Made by a program: the position numbers and the translations under genes. Below are positions 17,783 through 27,473 of a DNA stretch of 55,272 nt, piece after piece. Origin of the DNA: Bradyrhizobium sp. (lineage in GTDB: Bacteria; Pseudomonadota; Alphaproteobacteria; Rhizobiales; Xanthobacteraceae). The stretch is taken from NCBI RefSeq assembly GCF_019242285.1, contig NZ_JAFAVV010000291.1, positions 1 to 55,272 on the forward strand, written 5' to 3'. The notes under the pieces were generated by a model. The model searched no databases, was not told the DNA's origin, and was given only the letters and a program-made list of their open reading frames with translations. Each line of letters begins with the position of its first letter. Within the stretch, counting starts at the first letter, position 1.

Positions 17783-18798
17783 GCCTTCTCGTCACCGGCT
17801 CCGGCGGATTTGTCGGCATCAACGTGCTGGAAACCCTGCTGGCGCAGGGCCACGACGTCGTGGCGCTCAACAAGCAACCGTTGGCTGCCACTGTCGATGT
17901 AGCGCTTGCGAGGCATCCCGGCCGCCTGTCCGTGGTCACAGGCGACGTCCGCGATCGCCGCCTGTTGGCCGAGGCCATCGCGCGCCATCGCGTCCGCCGC
18001 ATCCTGCATGCCGCCGCCATCACGCTCGCTCCGAACAGCACCATCGCCACCGCCACGGACGCGCTCGACGTCAACACGGTCTCGACCGCCGTGCTGCTGG
18101 AGGAAGCCCGCCGTGCCGGCATCGAGCGCTTCGTCTATCCAAGCTCGGGCTCCGTCTATGGCAATGCCGCCTTCGATCCGGAGCCGATCACCGAACGGCT
18201 CTCTCCTGCCCCGGCCACGCTCTATGGCTTCACCAAGCTCGCCAGCGAGCGCCTCGTCGCCGAAGCCGCGCGCGCTTTCGGCCTCTCGACCGCGACCGCG
18301 CGGATCACGGCCGTGTTCGGCCCCTGGGAGCATGACACCGGCCTGCGCGAGACGTTGAGCCCGCCGTTCCAGATCGCAGCCGCAATGGCGAGCGGCAGGA
18401 ACCTCGTCCTCGCGGAGAAAGGCGAGCGCGACTGGACCTTGAGCGCTGATGTCGCGAGGGCCCTGGCGCTGCTGCTCACCGCGGATCGGCTGCCGCATGA
18501 TCTCTACAATCTGAGCCTTGGCGAGACCTGGAACGCGCGACTGCTTGCAGAGGCGCTGGCGCCGCGGTTTCCCGGCGTGCAGATCGCGACGATGCCGGTC
18601 CCCCAAGGCGATGGCGCGATCGCCTATCACGACGACCTCAGCCGCTCCCGTCGGCCGATGCATGCAGATCGGTTCAGGCAGGATTTCGATTTTCGCTTCA
18701 TGACTCCCGTCGAAGCCGTGGCCTATTATGCGGACTGGATCGGGCAGCGCGGCCATCGCTTCTTCGATCTCCAAGAAAAAGAAGGAAACGAAGGGTGA
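17779..18798 (+). CDS. NAD-dependent epimerase/dehydratase (extended SDR)
   Basis: VTGSGGFVG, HAAA, SSGSVYG, YGFTK (YxxxK), VFGPWE; ATGA-coupled. Confidence 0.88.
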   Translation: MSLLVTGSGGFVGINVLETLLAQGHDVVALNKQPLAATVDVALARHPGRLSVVTGDVRDRRLLAEAIARHRVRRILHAAAITLAPNSTIATATDALDVNTVSTAVLLEEARRAGIERFVYPSSGSVYGNAAFDPEPITERLSPAPATLYGFTKLASERLVAEAARAFGLSTATARITAVFGPWEHDTGLRETLSPPFQIAAAMASGRNLVLAEKGERDWTLSADVARALALLLTADRLPHDLYNLSLGETWNARLLAEALAPRFPGVQIATMPVPQGDGAIAYHDDLSRSRRPMHADRFRQDFDFRFMTPVEAVAYYADWIGQRGHRFFDLQEKEGNEG

Positions 18799-20207
18799 CG
18801 GAACCAAGGACGCTGTTCGACAAGATCTGGGACGCCCATGTCGTCACGAGACGGGAGGATGGCAGCGAGCTGTTGTTCATCGACCGTCATCTGGTGCATG
18901 AAGGCTCGTTCCTCGCCTTCGACAAATTGAAGGAGAAGCGCGCCAAGGTGCGGCGGCCTGACCTCACAGTGGGTGTCGCCGACCACTACGTGCCGACGCG
19001 CAACCGCGACTCCAACGCCATCGCCCCCGAGCTCGCCCGGATGATCCGACAGCTCGACGAGAATTGCCGCAGCAACGGCATCCGTCTGTTCGGCCTCACG
19101 GACCCGCGCCAGGGCATCGTCCATGTGATCGGCCCGGAGCAAGGCCTGACGCTGCCGGGTCTCACACTCGTCTGCGGCGACAGCCATACCTCGACCCATG
19201 GCGCGTTCGGCACGCTGGCCTTCGGCATCGGTGCCTCCGAGGTCGCCCATGTGCTGCTGACGCAATGCCTGTGGCAGAAGAAGCCCAAGAAGATGCGCGT
19301 CACCGTCGACGGTGCGCTGCCGCCGGGCACCAGCGCCAAGGACATCGCGCTGTCGATGATCGCCAGGATCGGCGCCGACGGCGCCCAAGGTCACGCCATC
19401 GAATATGCGGGTTCGGCGGTCCGCGCCTTGTCGATGGAAGGCCGATTGACGCTGTGCAACCTCTCGATCGAGAGCGGCGCGCGCTGCGGCATGGTCGCGC
19501 CCGACGAGACCACCTTCGCCTATGTCGAAGGCCGTCCGTTTGCGCCGAAGGACGGCCTGCTGGAGCAGGCCCTCGCCCACTGGCGACAGCTCACGAGCGA
19601 TGCCGACGCCGCCTTCGATCGCGAGATCACCCTGCGCGGCGCCGAGATCGCACCGACCGTCACTTGGGGCATCAGCCCCGAAGATGCGCTGCCAGTGAAT
19701 GCGTCTGTGCCCGATCCCAATGCCGTCGCCGATCCCTCGCGCGCCAGCCACATCCGCGAGGCGCTCGCCTATATGGGCCTTGACCCCGGCCAGCCGATCG
19801 AGACCATCGCGATCGACCGCGTCTTCATCGGCTCCTGCACCAACAGCCGGATCGAGGATCTGCGCTCCGCCGCCGGCATTCTCGCCGGGCGACAAGCGAA
19901 GATTCCGGGACTGGTGTCGCCCGGCTCGCACCTCGTCAAGCAGCAGGCCGAGCAGGAAGGTCTTGACAGGATCTTCCTCGCCGCCGGGCTCGAATGGGTC
20001 GATTCCGGCTGCTCGATGTGCGTCGGCATGAACGGCGATATCGCGAGCCCCGGCCAGCGCTGCGCCTCCACCACCAACCGGAATTTCAAGGGCCGGCAGG
20101 GACCGGGCGCCCGCACGCACCTGATGTCGCCGGCCATGGCCGCCGCCGCCGCGGTCACCGGGCGGATCACCGACATGCGCGAGCTGTTGCGGGAGCAGGC
20201 AAGATGA
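18795..20207 (+). CDS. leuC: 3-isopropylmalate dehydratase large subunit-like (aconitase family), probably a catabolic paralog
   Basis: TLFDKIW, QGIVHVIGPE, CGDSHTSTHGAFG, GSCTNSRIEDL, GCSMCVGMN, STTNRNFKGRQG. Confidence 0.9.
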   Translation: MTEPRTLFDKIWDAHVVTRREDGSELLFIDRHLVHEGSFLAFDKLKEKRAKVRRPDLTVGVADHYVPTRNRDSNAIAPELARMIRQLDENCRSNGIRLFGLTDPRQGIVHVIGPEQGLTLPGLTLVCGDSHTSTHGAFGTLAFGIGASEVAHVLLTQCLWQKKPKKMRVTVDGALPPGTSAKDIALSMIARIGADGAQGHAIEYAGSAVRALSMEGRLTLCNLSIESGARCGMVAPDETTFAYVEGRPFAPKDGLLEQALAHWRQLTSDADAAFDREITLRGAEIAPTVTWGISPEDALPVNASVPDPNAVADPSRASHIREALAYMGLDPGQPIETIAIDRVFIGSCTNSRIEDLRSAAGILAGRQAKIPGLVSPGSHLVKQQAEQEGLDRIFLAAGLEWVDSGCSMCVGMNGDIASPGQRCASTTNRNFKGRQGPGARTHLMSPAMAAAAAVTGRITDMRELLREQAR

Positions 20208-20812
20208 AGCCGTTCGACATCCTGCACGCCACCGCGTGCGCCCTGCCGCTCGCCAGTGTCGACACCGACCGCATCATCCCTGCACGCTTCCTGAAGCGCT
20301 CGCGGGCCGAAGGCTACGGCCCATGCCTGTTCCACGACATGCGTCTCGACGAGAACGGTGAGAAGCGGCCGGACTTTCCGCTCAACCGGCCTGAGGCGCA
20401 GGGCGCCGAGATCCTGGTGGCGCGGCGCAATTTCGGCGCCGGCTCCTCGCGCGAGGCCGCGGTCTATGCGCTGATGGATTCCGGATTCCGCTGCGTGATC
20501 GCGCCGAGCTTCGGCGACATCTTCGCCGCCAACTCGGTCAACAATGGCCTGTTGCCGGCCAAGGTGAGCGAAAGCGATGCGGAAGAGATGCTGGCGCTGC
20601 TCGAAAGCGGCCACCCGAGTGCGACAGTCGATCTGAAGGATGGCCTGATCCGGATCGGCAACCGCAGCTTTGCCTTCACCATCGATCCGATCTGGCGCAC
20701 CAAATTGCTGAACGGCTGGGACGATCTCGACCTGACGACGTCGCTGACGCACGAGGTGACAGAGTTCGAGACGGAGGATGCGACGGCGCGGCCCTGGCTC
20801 ACGCTCGGCTGA
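20204..20812 (+). CDS. leuD: 3-isopropylmalate dehydratase small subunit-like
   Basis: VDTDRIIPARFLK, NFGAGSSREAA, SFGDIF..N..NNG, LLNGWDD; ATG 20204 overlaps the leuC TGA. Confidence 0.9.
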   Translation: MKPFDILHATACALPLASVDTDRIIPARFLKRSRAEGYGPCLFHDMRLDENGEKRPDFPLNRPEAQGAEILVARRNFGAGSSREAAVYALMDSGFRCVIAPSFGDIFAANSVNNGLLPAKVSESDAEEMLALLESGHPSATVDLKDGLIRIGNRSFAFTIDPIWRTKLLNGWDDLDLTTSLTHEVTEFETEDATARPWLTLG

Positions 20813-20813
20813 G

Positions 20814-21902
20814 TCACGCCTCGATGATGCGCGTCAGGAACCAGTAGCCGCCGAGCAGGCTGATCAGCGCGGATAGGGCATAGACCAACGGCGCGGCGCG
20901 GGCCGGCTTGGCACGGTCGGCCGCCAGCAATGCGTCGAGAACCATCAGTGCGGGGATCACCAGCGACACGATCGCCACCTGTCCGATCTCGACGCCGACA
21001 TTGAAGGCGGCCAGCGCCACCGCGACGGCGTTCGGCGGCAGTCCGACCTCCCGCAGCGCCCCGGCAAAGCCGAAGCCGTGAATCAACCCGAACAGAAAGG
21101 TGATGCGCCAGCGGCGGTCGATGTCGCGCGAGAAGAAATTCTCCAGCGCAACGAACACGATCGAGGCGGCGATCGCGGGCTCGACCACGATGCTCGGGAT
21201 GATGACGAGGTTCAACGCGGCGAGTGACAGCGTGATCGAATGCGCGACGGTGAAGGCGGTGACGATCTTGATGACCGGCAAGAGCCGCCGCGCCCACAGC
21301 ACCACGGCGACCAGGAAGGCGATGTGGTCATAGCCCAGGAAGATGTGCTCGATGCCCGTGACGAGGTAGCGCTGCATCGTCGAGAGCAATGAGGGCGCCG
21401 GCGCGGACAGCATCACGCTGGTGTTGCTGGCGTCGAGCAGCGCTTGCGGCGCGTCCGGGCCGTCACCGATCAGCACGACCTGCCGCGCACTGGGGTCGGT
21501 CTCGGTCAGGACCGTGGAACGATAGACGATGTCGCCGGAGACGTTGCGGCAGGAATAGCTGGCGCGATAGATGACACCGTCCCCGTCCGGCACCAGCGCG
21601 GGCGTGCCTTGCTCGCACGGCGGCGCTCCGTCGGCGCCGGTCACGGCGATATGAGACCTTATATAAGCAGTGATCGCTGCCGCCGAACCGACGACTTGCG
21701 CCGGATCGACCGCGTCGCGCGCCGCGTCGAAAATCGCCGTGCCGGCCAGCCGATCGGCGTCGCTGCCCTTCAACGCGACCTCGACTGTAACCGCGCGGTC
21801 CGCCCCAAGGGTAACACGTGCGGTCGACAGATTGACCTGGTGCGCCTGCGCCGTGCCGAAGGCGAGCACGATCCCAAGCAGGAGCAGGCGTACCCCGCTC
21901 AC
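20814..21902 (-). CDS. HupE/UreJ family (HupE_UreJ_2) membrane protein with a periplasmic N-terminal domain
   Basis: Signal peptide ending AQA-H; GIEHIFLGYDHIAF, TAFTVAHSITL, FGLIHGFGFA, FNVGVEIGQ. Confidence 0.88.
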   Translation of the reverse strand: MSGVRLLLLGIVLAFGTAQAHQVNLSTARVTLGADRAVTVEVALKGSDADRLAGTAIFDAARDAVDPAQVVGSAAAITAYIRSHIAVTGADGAPPCEQGTPALVPDGDGVIYRASYSCRNVSGDIVYRSTVLTETDPSARQVVLIGDGPDAPQALLDASNTSVMLSAPAPSLLSTMQRYLVTGIEHIFLGYDHIAFLVAVVLWARRLLPVIKIVTAFTVAHSITLSLAALNLVIIPSIVVEPAIAASIVFVALENFFSRDIDRRWRITFLFGLIHGFGFAGALREVGLPPNAVAVALAAFNVGVEIGQVAIVSLVIPALMVLDALLAADRAKPARAAPLVYALSALISLLGGYWFLTRIIEA

Positions 21903-22957
21903 GAGCCCTCTCCCACGGCTTTGAGCAGCTCGGTCAGCCGCCGAACCTCGAACTCCGCAACGGTCACCACCGTGCCATCCGGCGCGAGCCGGGCGTAACG
22001 ATCAAGGCTGTCTGCGGCCGCACCGAATTCGAGCCGCGCGAGCGGTGCCGAGGAATCGCGGGCATAGAACAGCACGATCAGCGCCGGCAGCGCGAGGCCG
22101 TCGCGCGCCAACCGCGCCGCGTCGGCGGCGCCAATGCGCGTCTCCACCGCAGCGGCGTCGAGCGGGCCCAAGGCGGCGTCGATCAGGCGCGCCTGCGCGG
22201 GATCGGCGACATGCGCGACACTCCCCGCAGCATGGCTATGCTGACCGAGATGCCTGAACCAGTTGCCGGCGCCGTCGCGCTCGAATCGCGTGAGCTTGCC
22301 CGCAAACACGATCTCGAGCGCCCAGACTTGCGCCATCGACACCGGCAACAGCAGGCCGGCGCCGCGGGAGGCGACCGCCGTTTCAGTGCGCTCCCGCAGC
22401 CGACGCGCCATGTCGAGGACGACCCGCCATTCCTCACGGACATGGCGCCCCATCAGATAGACCGTCGGCGCGCCTGACAGCCTGACATAGTGCGACGTGC
22501 CGGCCGGATTGAGGCTGCCGAAGTTCACCGTCGCCGCCGGCCGGGCGCGGGTTTCCAGCACGGCGACGTCCACCGGCGGATCGAGCCCGAACGCCGCAAA
22601 GCTCGCCGCGGTGAGCTCGCCTGCCTCGATCTCGCGCGAGGGCTTGCTGACATGCAACAGCCGGAGCGCGGTCTCGAGATGGGCGGCGAGCTCGGCTGGC
22701 ACCGTGTCCGACCCGCCATCGATCGACCACCCGCCCGCGGCGCGATGCAGCGCGACGCGATCCGAGCCTTCGCGCAGCTCGATGCGATCGATGTCTGAGG
22801 GCGCCGCCGTCAGCAGACCCTCGGCCGCGAAGGAAACCTTGCTGCGCATCTCGGGCCAGTGACCGGAGACGTCAAACGCCAGGAGCAGCGCGACGGCAAT
22901 GGCTGCCGCAACCGGGACGGTCCAGCGCGCCACACCTCGACGAGCGGAGACCGTCAC
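21899..22957 (-). CDS. DUF4340-like membrane-anchored protein
   Basis: N-terminal TM helix, IDRIEL, FGLDPP, FG..NP.G...YVR; typical position after GldG. GTG start overlaps the upstream TGA. Confidence 0.7.
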   Translation of the reverse strand: MTVSARRGVARWTVPVAAAIAVALLLAFDVSGHWPEMRSKVSFAAEGLLTAAPSDIDRIELREGSDRVALHRAAGGWSIDGGSDTVPAELAAHLETALRLLHVSKPSREIEAGELTAASFAAFGLDPPVDVAVLETRARPAATVNFGSLNPAGTSHYVRLSGAPTVYLMGRHVREEWRVVLDMARRLRERTETAVASRGAGLLLPVSMAQVWALEIVFAGKLTRFERDGAGNWFRHLGQHSHAAGSVAHVADPAQARLIDAALGPLDAAAVETRIGAADAARLARDGLALPALIVLFYARDSSAPLARLEFGAAADSLDRYARLAPDGTVVTVAEFEVRRLTELLKAVGEGS

Positions 22958-24573
22958 CGCCGCCTCCACCACACCACCACGCCGGCAAGGATCGTGCTGA
23001 GCGGAAGCAGCACCTCGAGCACGATGAAGGTGTCACGCATCTGTCGGCTGGTGAGCACGATCTCCGGCTGGCTGAAGGTCTGTGGGGTCAGATTTGGCAC
23101 GGTCTCGTCATCGGCCAGCCAGCGCACCATCGCGACCGACAAAGCGCCATCGGAGACGTACGGGAAATATTCGTTGGTCGTGATCTTGCTGGTGCCGGCG
23201 ACGACCAGGCGGAAGCGCCGGTCCGGCGTCGCGCCCGGCCAAGTCCCTTCCAGCGCGACCAGCAGCGGCCGCGCGCCACGGTCGGCGTTGGCGGTCGCCT
23301 CGCCCTCGGCGCCAATTGTCAGGCCGCCGGCGGCCGCGGGCGGTCGCAGAAAGCCGTCCTGGCTGCTCGCGGCCAGCACCGTCGAGATCACGCCCTTGGG
23401 CGGCTGGCTCACGCGCAGCGGCCGCACTTGCGGAAACACGGTGAGCGCCAGCCGCTGCGTGATCGGGTGCGGCGGATAGTAGGGAACGGCAACCTTGTCC
23501 GGATCGGTGCGGAAATGATTCAGCGGATCGATGACGATCGCCGCCTGCGTCGAGAGCCCGACCGGCTCCAGCATGCGGCTCGCAAAGTCGGCATCGACCG
23601 GCGACACCGGATCGAGCAACAGCAGAAGCCGGCCGCCGCGCTTCAGATAGTCGGCCACGCGATCCGCCTCGCCGGGCGCCAACGCCGTGCGCGGGCCGAT
23701 CTCGGCCACGACGGTGCAATCCGACGGGATTGCGTCCGCCGTCGCCGTGACGATGCCGTGGCTGTCAAAACCGATCTCGCCGAGCCCGAGCTGGAAGCGA
23801 TCGAGCTGCTCCGGCTCCGCCACCAGCACGTCGCCCGCGCCTGGCCTTTCCTCCCCCTGCAGCGTCTCGACGTGGCTGAAATGATAATGCGACGGCGTCG
23901 GGCGAAACGTCTCGCCATGTCCGGTGACGAAGCAGACGGTCTGCGGCTGTGCGCGGAGCGCGCGCAACGCCGCATAGCCGAGCCGCGTGGCATCGGTGGT
24001 ATTCTCGACCTGCACCTTGCGGCCGCCGGTCTGCAGCACCGCGGTGTTGTAGGCATGCACGCCGATGTCGCGCGCCAGCCCCGGCTCCTTGTCGAGGTCG
24101 ATGGCGCGGAACGTCAGCAGCGGATGGTTCCGCGCCGAGGTCTCGAGCAGATCGCGGGTCGCCAGCGCATTCGGATCGCCGGCGTTGTAGAAATAGGTCA
24201 GCGCCAGCGGCGCCGTCAGGTGATCGATGACGTCGGTGAGCTGCCGCGGCGGCGTGTTGCGGCCCTCGCGAGAGACGTCGAACTGGGCATCATGGCGGTA
24301 GAGCGCGACATTGGCGGCGATCACGACAGCGGTCGCAGCCGTCGCGATCAGCGCATTGATCAGCCACGCGGTCCAGCGCGAACCGCCGCCGCGCAGCGGC
24401 AGGCGAACGGCGAGCATGAACAGCACGAGCAGCGTCAGCGACCAGCCGACGAACAGCAGACTGCTCGACGCTTTCTCGCCAAATCCGCCAAAGCCTGATC
24501 CACCGAATACGATTGCGGCAATGACGAGCACGACCAAGGTGACATCGGATCTGGCCGAGCGGAACATCATCAC
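22954..24573 (-). CDS. GldG-like ABC transporter auxiliary component
   Basis: N-terminal TMs, FDVSREGR, VCFVTGHGE, YLKRGGRLLLLLDP, C-terminal TM ending WWRRR. Confidence 0.82.
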   Translation of the reverse strand: MMMFRSARSDVTLVVLVIAAIVFGGSGFGGFGEKASSSLLFVGWSLTLLVLFMLAVRLPLRGGGSRWTAWLINALIATAATAVVIAANVALYRHDAQFDVSREGRNTPPRQLTDVIDHLTAPLALTYFYNAGDPNALATRDLLETSARNHPLLTFRAIDLDKEPGLARDIGVHAYNTAVLQTGGRKVQVENTTDATRLGYAALRALRAQPQTVCFVTGHGETFRPTPSHYHFSHVETLQGEERPGAGDVLVAEPEQLDRFQLGLGEIGFDSHGIVTATADAIPSDCTVVAEIGPRTALAPGEADRVADYLKRGGRLLLLLDPVSPVDADFASRMLEPVGLSTQAAIVIDPLNHFRTDPDKVAVPYYPPHPITQRLALTVFPQVRPLRVSQPPKGVISTVLAASSQDGFLRPPAAAGGLTIGAEGEATANADRGARPLLVALEGTWPGATPDRRFRLVVAGTSKITTNEYFPYVSDGALSVAMVRWLADDETVPNLTPQTFSQPEIVLTSRQMRDTFIVLEVLLPLSTILAGVVVWWRRR

Positions 24574-24576
24574 CCC

Positions 24577-25278
24577 TCAACGCCGCGCCAGCGCCCGCAC
24601 GGTCAACAGCAGCGTCAAGAGCGTGACGCTGAGGAAGAAGCCGACATCGGAGAGATAGATCGAGCCCACCGCGAACGGGCGGAAATGCACCGACAGCGAC
24701 AGGTTGACCACCAGCGTGTCGGCCGGGCTCGGCAGCAGCCAGCCGAAATTATCGATGATCCAGAGCATCAGGAACACGCTGAGCGAGACCAGCGCCGCAA
24801 TCACCTGGTTTGCGGTCAGCGCCGAGGCCAACAGTCCGGTGCCGACCAGCGCGGAGGCAAAGAGCACCAGTCCGAGGTAGCCGCTGTAGATCGGGCCGAA
24901 GTCCGGATCGCCGAACCACGCCAGCGCCGCGGCATAGGCGCCGGACAGCACCAGCATCACCGCGATCAGGCTCATGCTGGCGACAAATTTCGCGAGCACG
25001 ATCGCGACCTCGGAGACCGGCGCGGTGAGCAGAACCTCGAGCGTCCGCAGCTTCCGCTCCTCCGCCAGCAGCCGCATCGTGATCAGTGGCGCGGTCAGCA
25101 TGAACAGCACGAACATCTGGAAGAAGATGTGCACCATGCTCGGCTGGTGGCTGAGGAACAAGGTCAGCGTGAAGCTGTAACCCATGATCAGCAGGAAGAC
25201 CGTCATCACCACATAGGCGATCGGCGAGGAGAACAGCGCCGTCTCCTCCTTGCGCAGCAGCGTCGCAAAATTCCTCAT
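24577..25278 (-). CDS. GldF-like ABC-2 permease
   Basis: KE...FSSPIAYVV, PLITMRLLAEERK..TLE.LLTAP, SALT.NQ.IA. Confidence 0.88.
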   Translation of the reverse strand: MRNFATLLRKEETALFSSPIAYVVMTVFLLIMGYSFTLTLFLSHQPSMVHIFFQMFVLFMLTAPLITMRLLAEERKLRTLEVLLTAPVSEVAIVLAKFVASMSLIAVMLVLSGAYAAALAWFGDPDFGPIYSGYLGLVLFASALVGTGLLASALTANQVIAALVSLSVFLMLWIIDNFGWLLPSPADTLVVNLSLSVHFRPFAVGSIYLSDVGFFLSVTLLTLLLTVRALARR

Positions 25279-26222
25279 GCCGCCACCCTCGCCGGCTGCC
25301 GGGTCAGCTCCAGGAAAATGCGTTCGAGGTCCACCCGCCGTTCCGTCACCTCGGACACGGCGATGCCGGCCGCCACCAGCACGGCCACGATCTCCGACGC
25401 CAACGACGAACGCGGCTCCGCCCGAATGAGATAACGCGGCCGTCCGCCGCCGGATTCGGGATCGACCGCAATGTCGCGCACGCCGGCGATGCCTGCCGTC
25501 GCGGCGCGGACGGCATCTTCGGATGCGGCGGCTGCAAGCTGCAACGTCACACCAGCTCCGGCCCCGTTGAGCGCGTCCGTGGTCAACAAGCGGCCGTCGA
25601 GCAGGATCATCACCCGCGAAGCGATCTTCTCGATCTCGGGCAGAATGTGCGAAGCAAGCAGAACGGTGCGGCTGTCCGCGAGCGACCGGATCAGGTCTCG
25701 AACGGCGATCACCTGATGCGGGTCGAGCCCGCTGGTCGGCTCGTCCAGCACCAGGACCTTCGGGTCGCCCAGCAGCGCCTGCGCGATCGAGACGCGCTGG
25801 CGGAAGCCGCGCGACAGCTTGCCCGTCGGGAGCGTCATCACCCGCGTCAGATCGAGCCGTTCGGCCGCGGCCTCCACCGCGGCCTTCACGCCCGACCTGC
25901 GCAGGCCCTTCAGGCTCGCCATGAAGTGCAGGAACTCGCCGACGCGCATGTGATCGTAGAGCGGAGCATCCTCCGGCACATAGCTGATCGTCCGGCGAAC
26001 GGCGAGCGAGTCGGCAACGACGTCATGGCCCGCGACCTCGATGCGTCCGGATGTTGGTACCAGATAGCCGGTGAGCATGCGAAACAGGGTGCTCTTGCCC
26101 GACCCATTCGGCCCGAGCAGTCCAACGATTTCACCGGGCTCGATGACGAAGGAGACGTCGACGACCGCCCGGCGCGGCCCGTACCACTTCGTCACATGCT
26201 CGGCCAGCACAACCGGGGACAT
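25275..26222 (-). CDS. GldA-like ABC-2 ATP-binding protein
   Basis: GPNGSGKST, LSRGFRQRV, LDEPTSGLDP, SHILPE. Confidence 0.9.
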   Translation of the reverse strand: MSPVVLAEHVTKWYGPRRAVVDVSFVIEPGEIVGLLGPNGSGKSTLFRMLTGYLVPTSGRIEVAGHDVVADSLAVRRTISYVPEDAPLYDHMRVGEFLHFMASLKGLRRSGVKAAVEAAAERLDLTRVMTLPTGKLSRGFRQRVSIAQALLGDPKVLVLDEPTSGLDPHQVIAVRDLIRSLADSRTVLLASHILPEIEKIASRVMILLDGRLLTTDALNGAGAGVTLQLAAAASEDAVRAATAGIAGVRDIAVDPESGGGRPRYLIRAEPRSSLASEIVAVLVAAGIAVSEVTERRVDLERIFLELTRQPARVAA

Positions 26223-26328
26223 GGCTGCTCACACATCCGAAACGCCTGAAGCCGTCGCAAACGGCGACAAGGCACGACCCCGATGTCCAGGTCGTGCCTC
26301 CATCACGCCGGCGATGATGCGCGCACGC

Positions 26329-27219
26329 TCACTCGTAGAATTCGGGCGAGTGCTTGTGCGCCTTGAACACGTCGGGGTCGTGCGCGTAGATGATGTCGGC
26401 CTTCTCGGTGTCGCGGACCCGCCGCACCCACGCATAGGCGTCGAGCATACCGACCGGATCATAGACGCTGCCGACGCTCGGCAGGATGTTCTTGTCGAGA
26501 TTCTCCTGCAGATAGACGGCGTCGCTGGTCAACACCACCGTACCGGTCTTCGGCAGGCGCACCACCATGATCTGGCTCCCCGGCGTGTGCGACACGGAGC
26601 GATGGATGTAGATGCTGCCGTCGCCGAACAGATCGAGATCGCCGTCGAGCTCGATGGTCTTGTACTTGCTCGGCATGCCGCCACCGACGCCATTCCTCAG
26701 CATGGCGAAATCGTCGGTGATGAAGAACGTCGCGTAGCCCGGCGCAGGCCAGAACGCGTTCTTGATCTCGTCCCGCTGGTACACGATGGTGGAATCGAGG
26801 AACTTGCCGATGTTGCCGGCGTGGTCGACATGGAAATGCCCGAGCACGAGATATTTGATGTCGGACGGCTTGACGTTGATCTTGGAGAGCTGGGCATCGA
26901 TGGCGATGTCCGGCGTGCGGCCCGGATCAAGCGCGGCAATGAACGGCCCCCAATAGTCCGAATTGGTGATGATCTTGTCGTTGTTGCCGCAATCGAACAG
27001 CACGTCGCCCTTGGGGTGGCGGATCAGGAAGAAGCCGACCGGAATCTGCACCTTGCCGCTGGCGCCGTTCTGGATCAGCGACTTGTCGAGATTGAGCGCG
27101 CCGGACGTGAAGACGTACATCTTCATCTCCTTCGGCGGCTCGGCCGCCAACGCGCCGGCAGACGTAAAAAATAATCCTGCCGCCAACGCGCTCAGGACTT
27201 TCGCGCACTTCACCCGCAT
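26329..27219 (-). CDS. Secreted metallo-beta-lactamase-fold lactonase (N-acyl homoserine lactonase AiiA/AttM family)
   Basis: Signal peptide (AGALA-A), LIRHPKG.VLFDCG, HFHVDHAG (HxHxDH), DLFGDG, HTPGSQ, SDAVY, terminal AHD; GGAGGG RBS. Confidence 0.88.
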   Translation of the reverse strand: MRVKCAKVLSALAAGLFFTSAGALAAEPPKEMKMYVFTSGALNLDKSLIQNGASGKVQIPVGFFLIRHPKGDVLFDCGNNDKIITNSDYWGPFIAALDPGRTPDIAIDAQLSKINVKPSDIKYLVLGHFHVDHAGNIGKFLDSTIVYQRDEIKNAFWPAPGYATFFITDDFAMLRNGVGGGMPSKYKTIELDGDLDLFGDGSIYIHRSVSHTPGSQIMVVRLPKTGTVVLTSDAVYLQENLDKNILPSVGSVYDPVGMLDAYAWVRRVRDTEKADIIYAHDPDVFKAHKHSPEFYE

Positions 27220-27473
27220 GTCGCCCTCCCGCTCTTGATGTTTTGTTCGCGATGAATTGTTATAATGACGATAAGAACTTACTATGGATTATGGCCATTG
27301 TGCAGACCTCGCGTCCCGATCAATCACAATAATGCCTATCGCAATAGGCGAGCTGTCGCTGCTTGCTGCACCGCAAGCATTCCGGCCCGCGGAAATGGCG
27401 GACCGCCCCAGCGCAACATAGCACCGCCGGGCGCGATCGTTCGCTCCGATGGCACGACACCAGGACGAGCATC

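Noticed and set aside
18795-20812. leuCD as the housekeeping leucine biosynthesis locus
   Set aside because: Coupled to an OYE and an SDR in a catabolic cluster with no leuA/leuB or attenuator; treated as paralogs, although this is not proven without the rest of the genome.
22954-26222. Gliding motility machinery (gldAFG)
   Set aside because: Only family-level similarity; no other gliding or T9SS genes are present and the host looks alphaproteobacterial.
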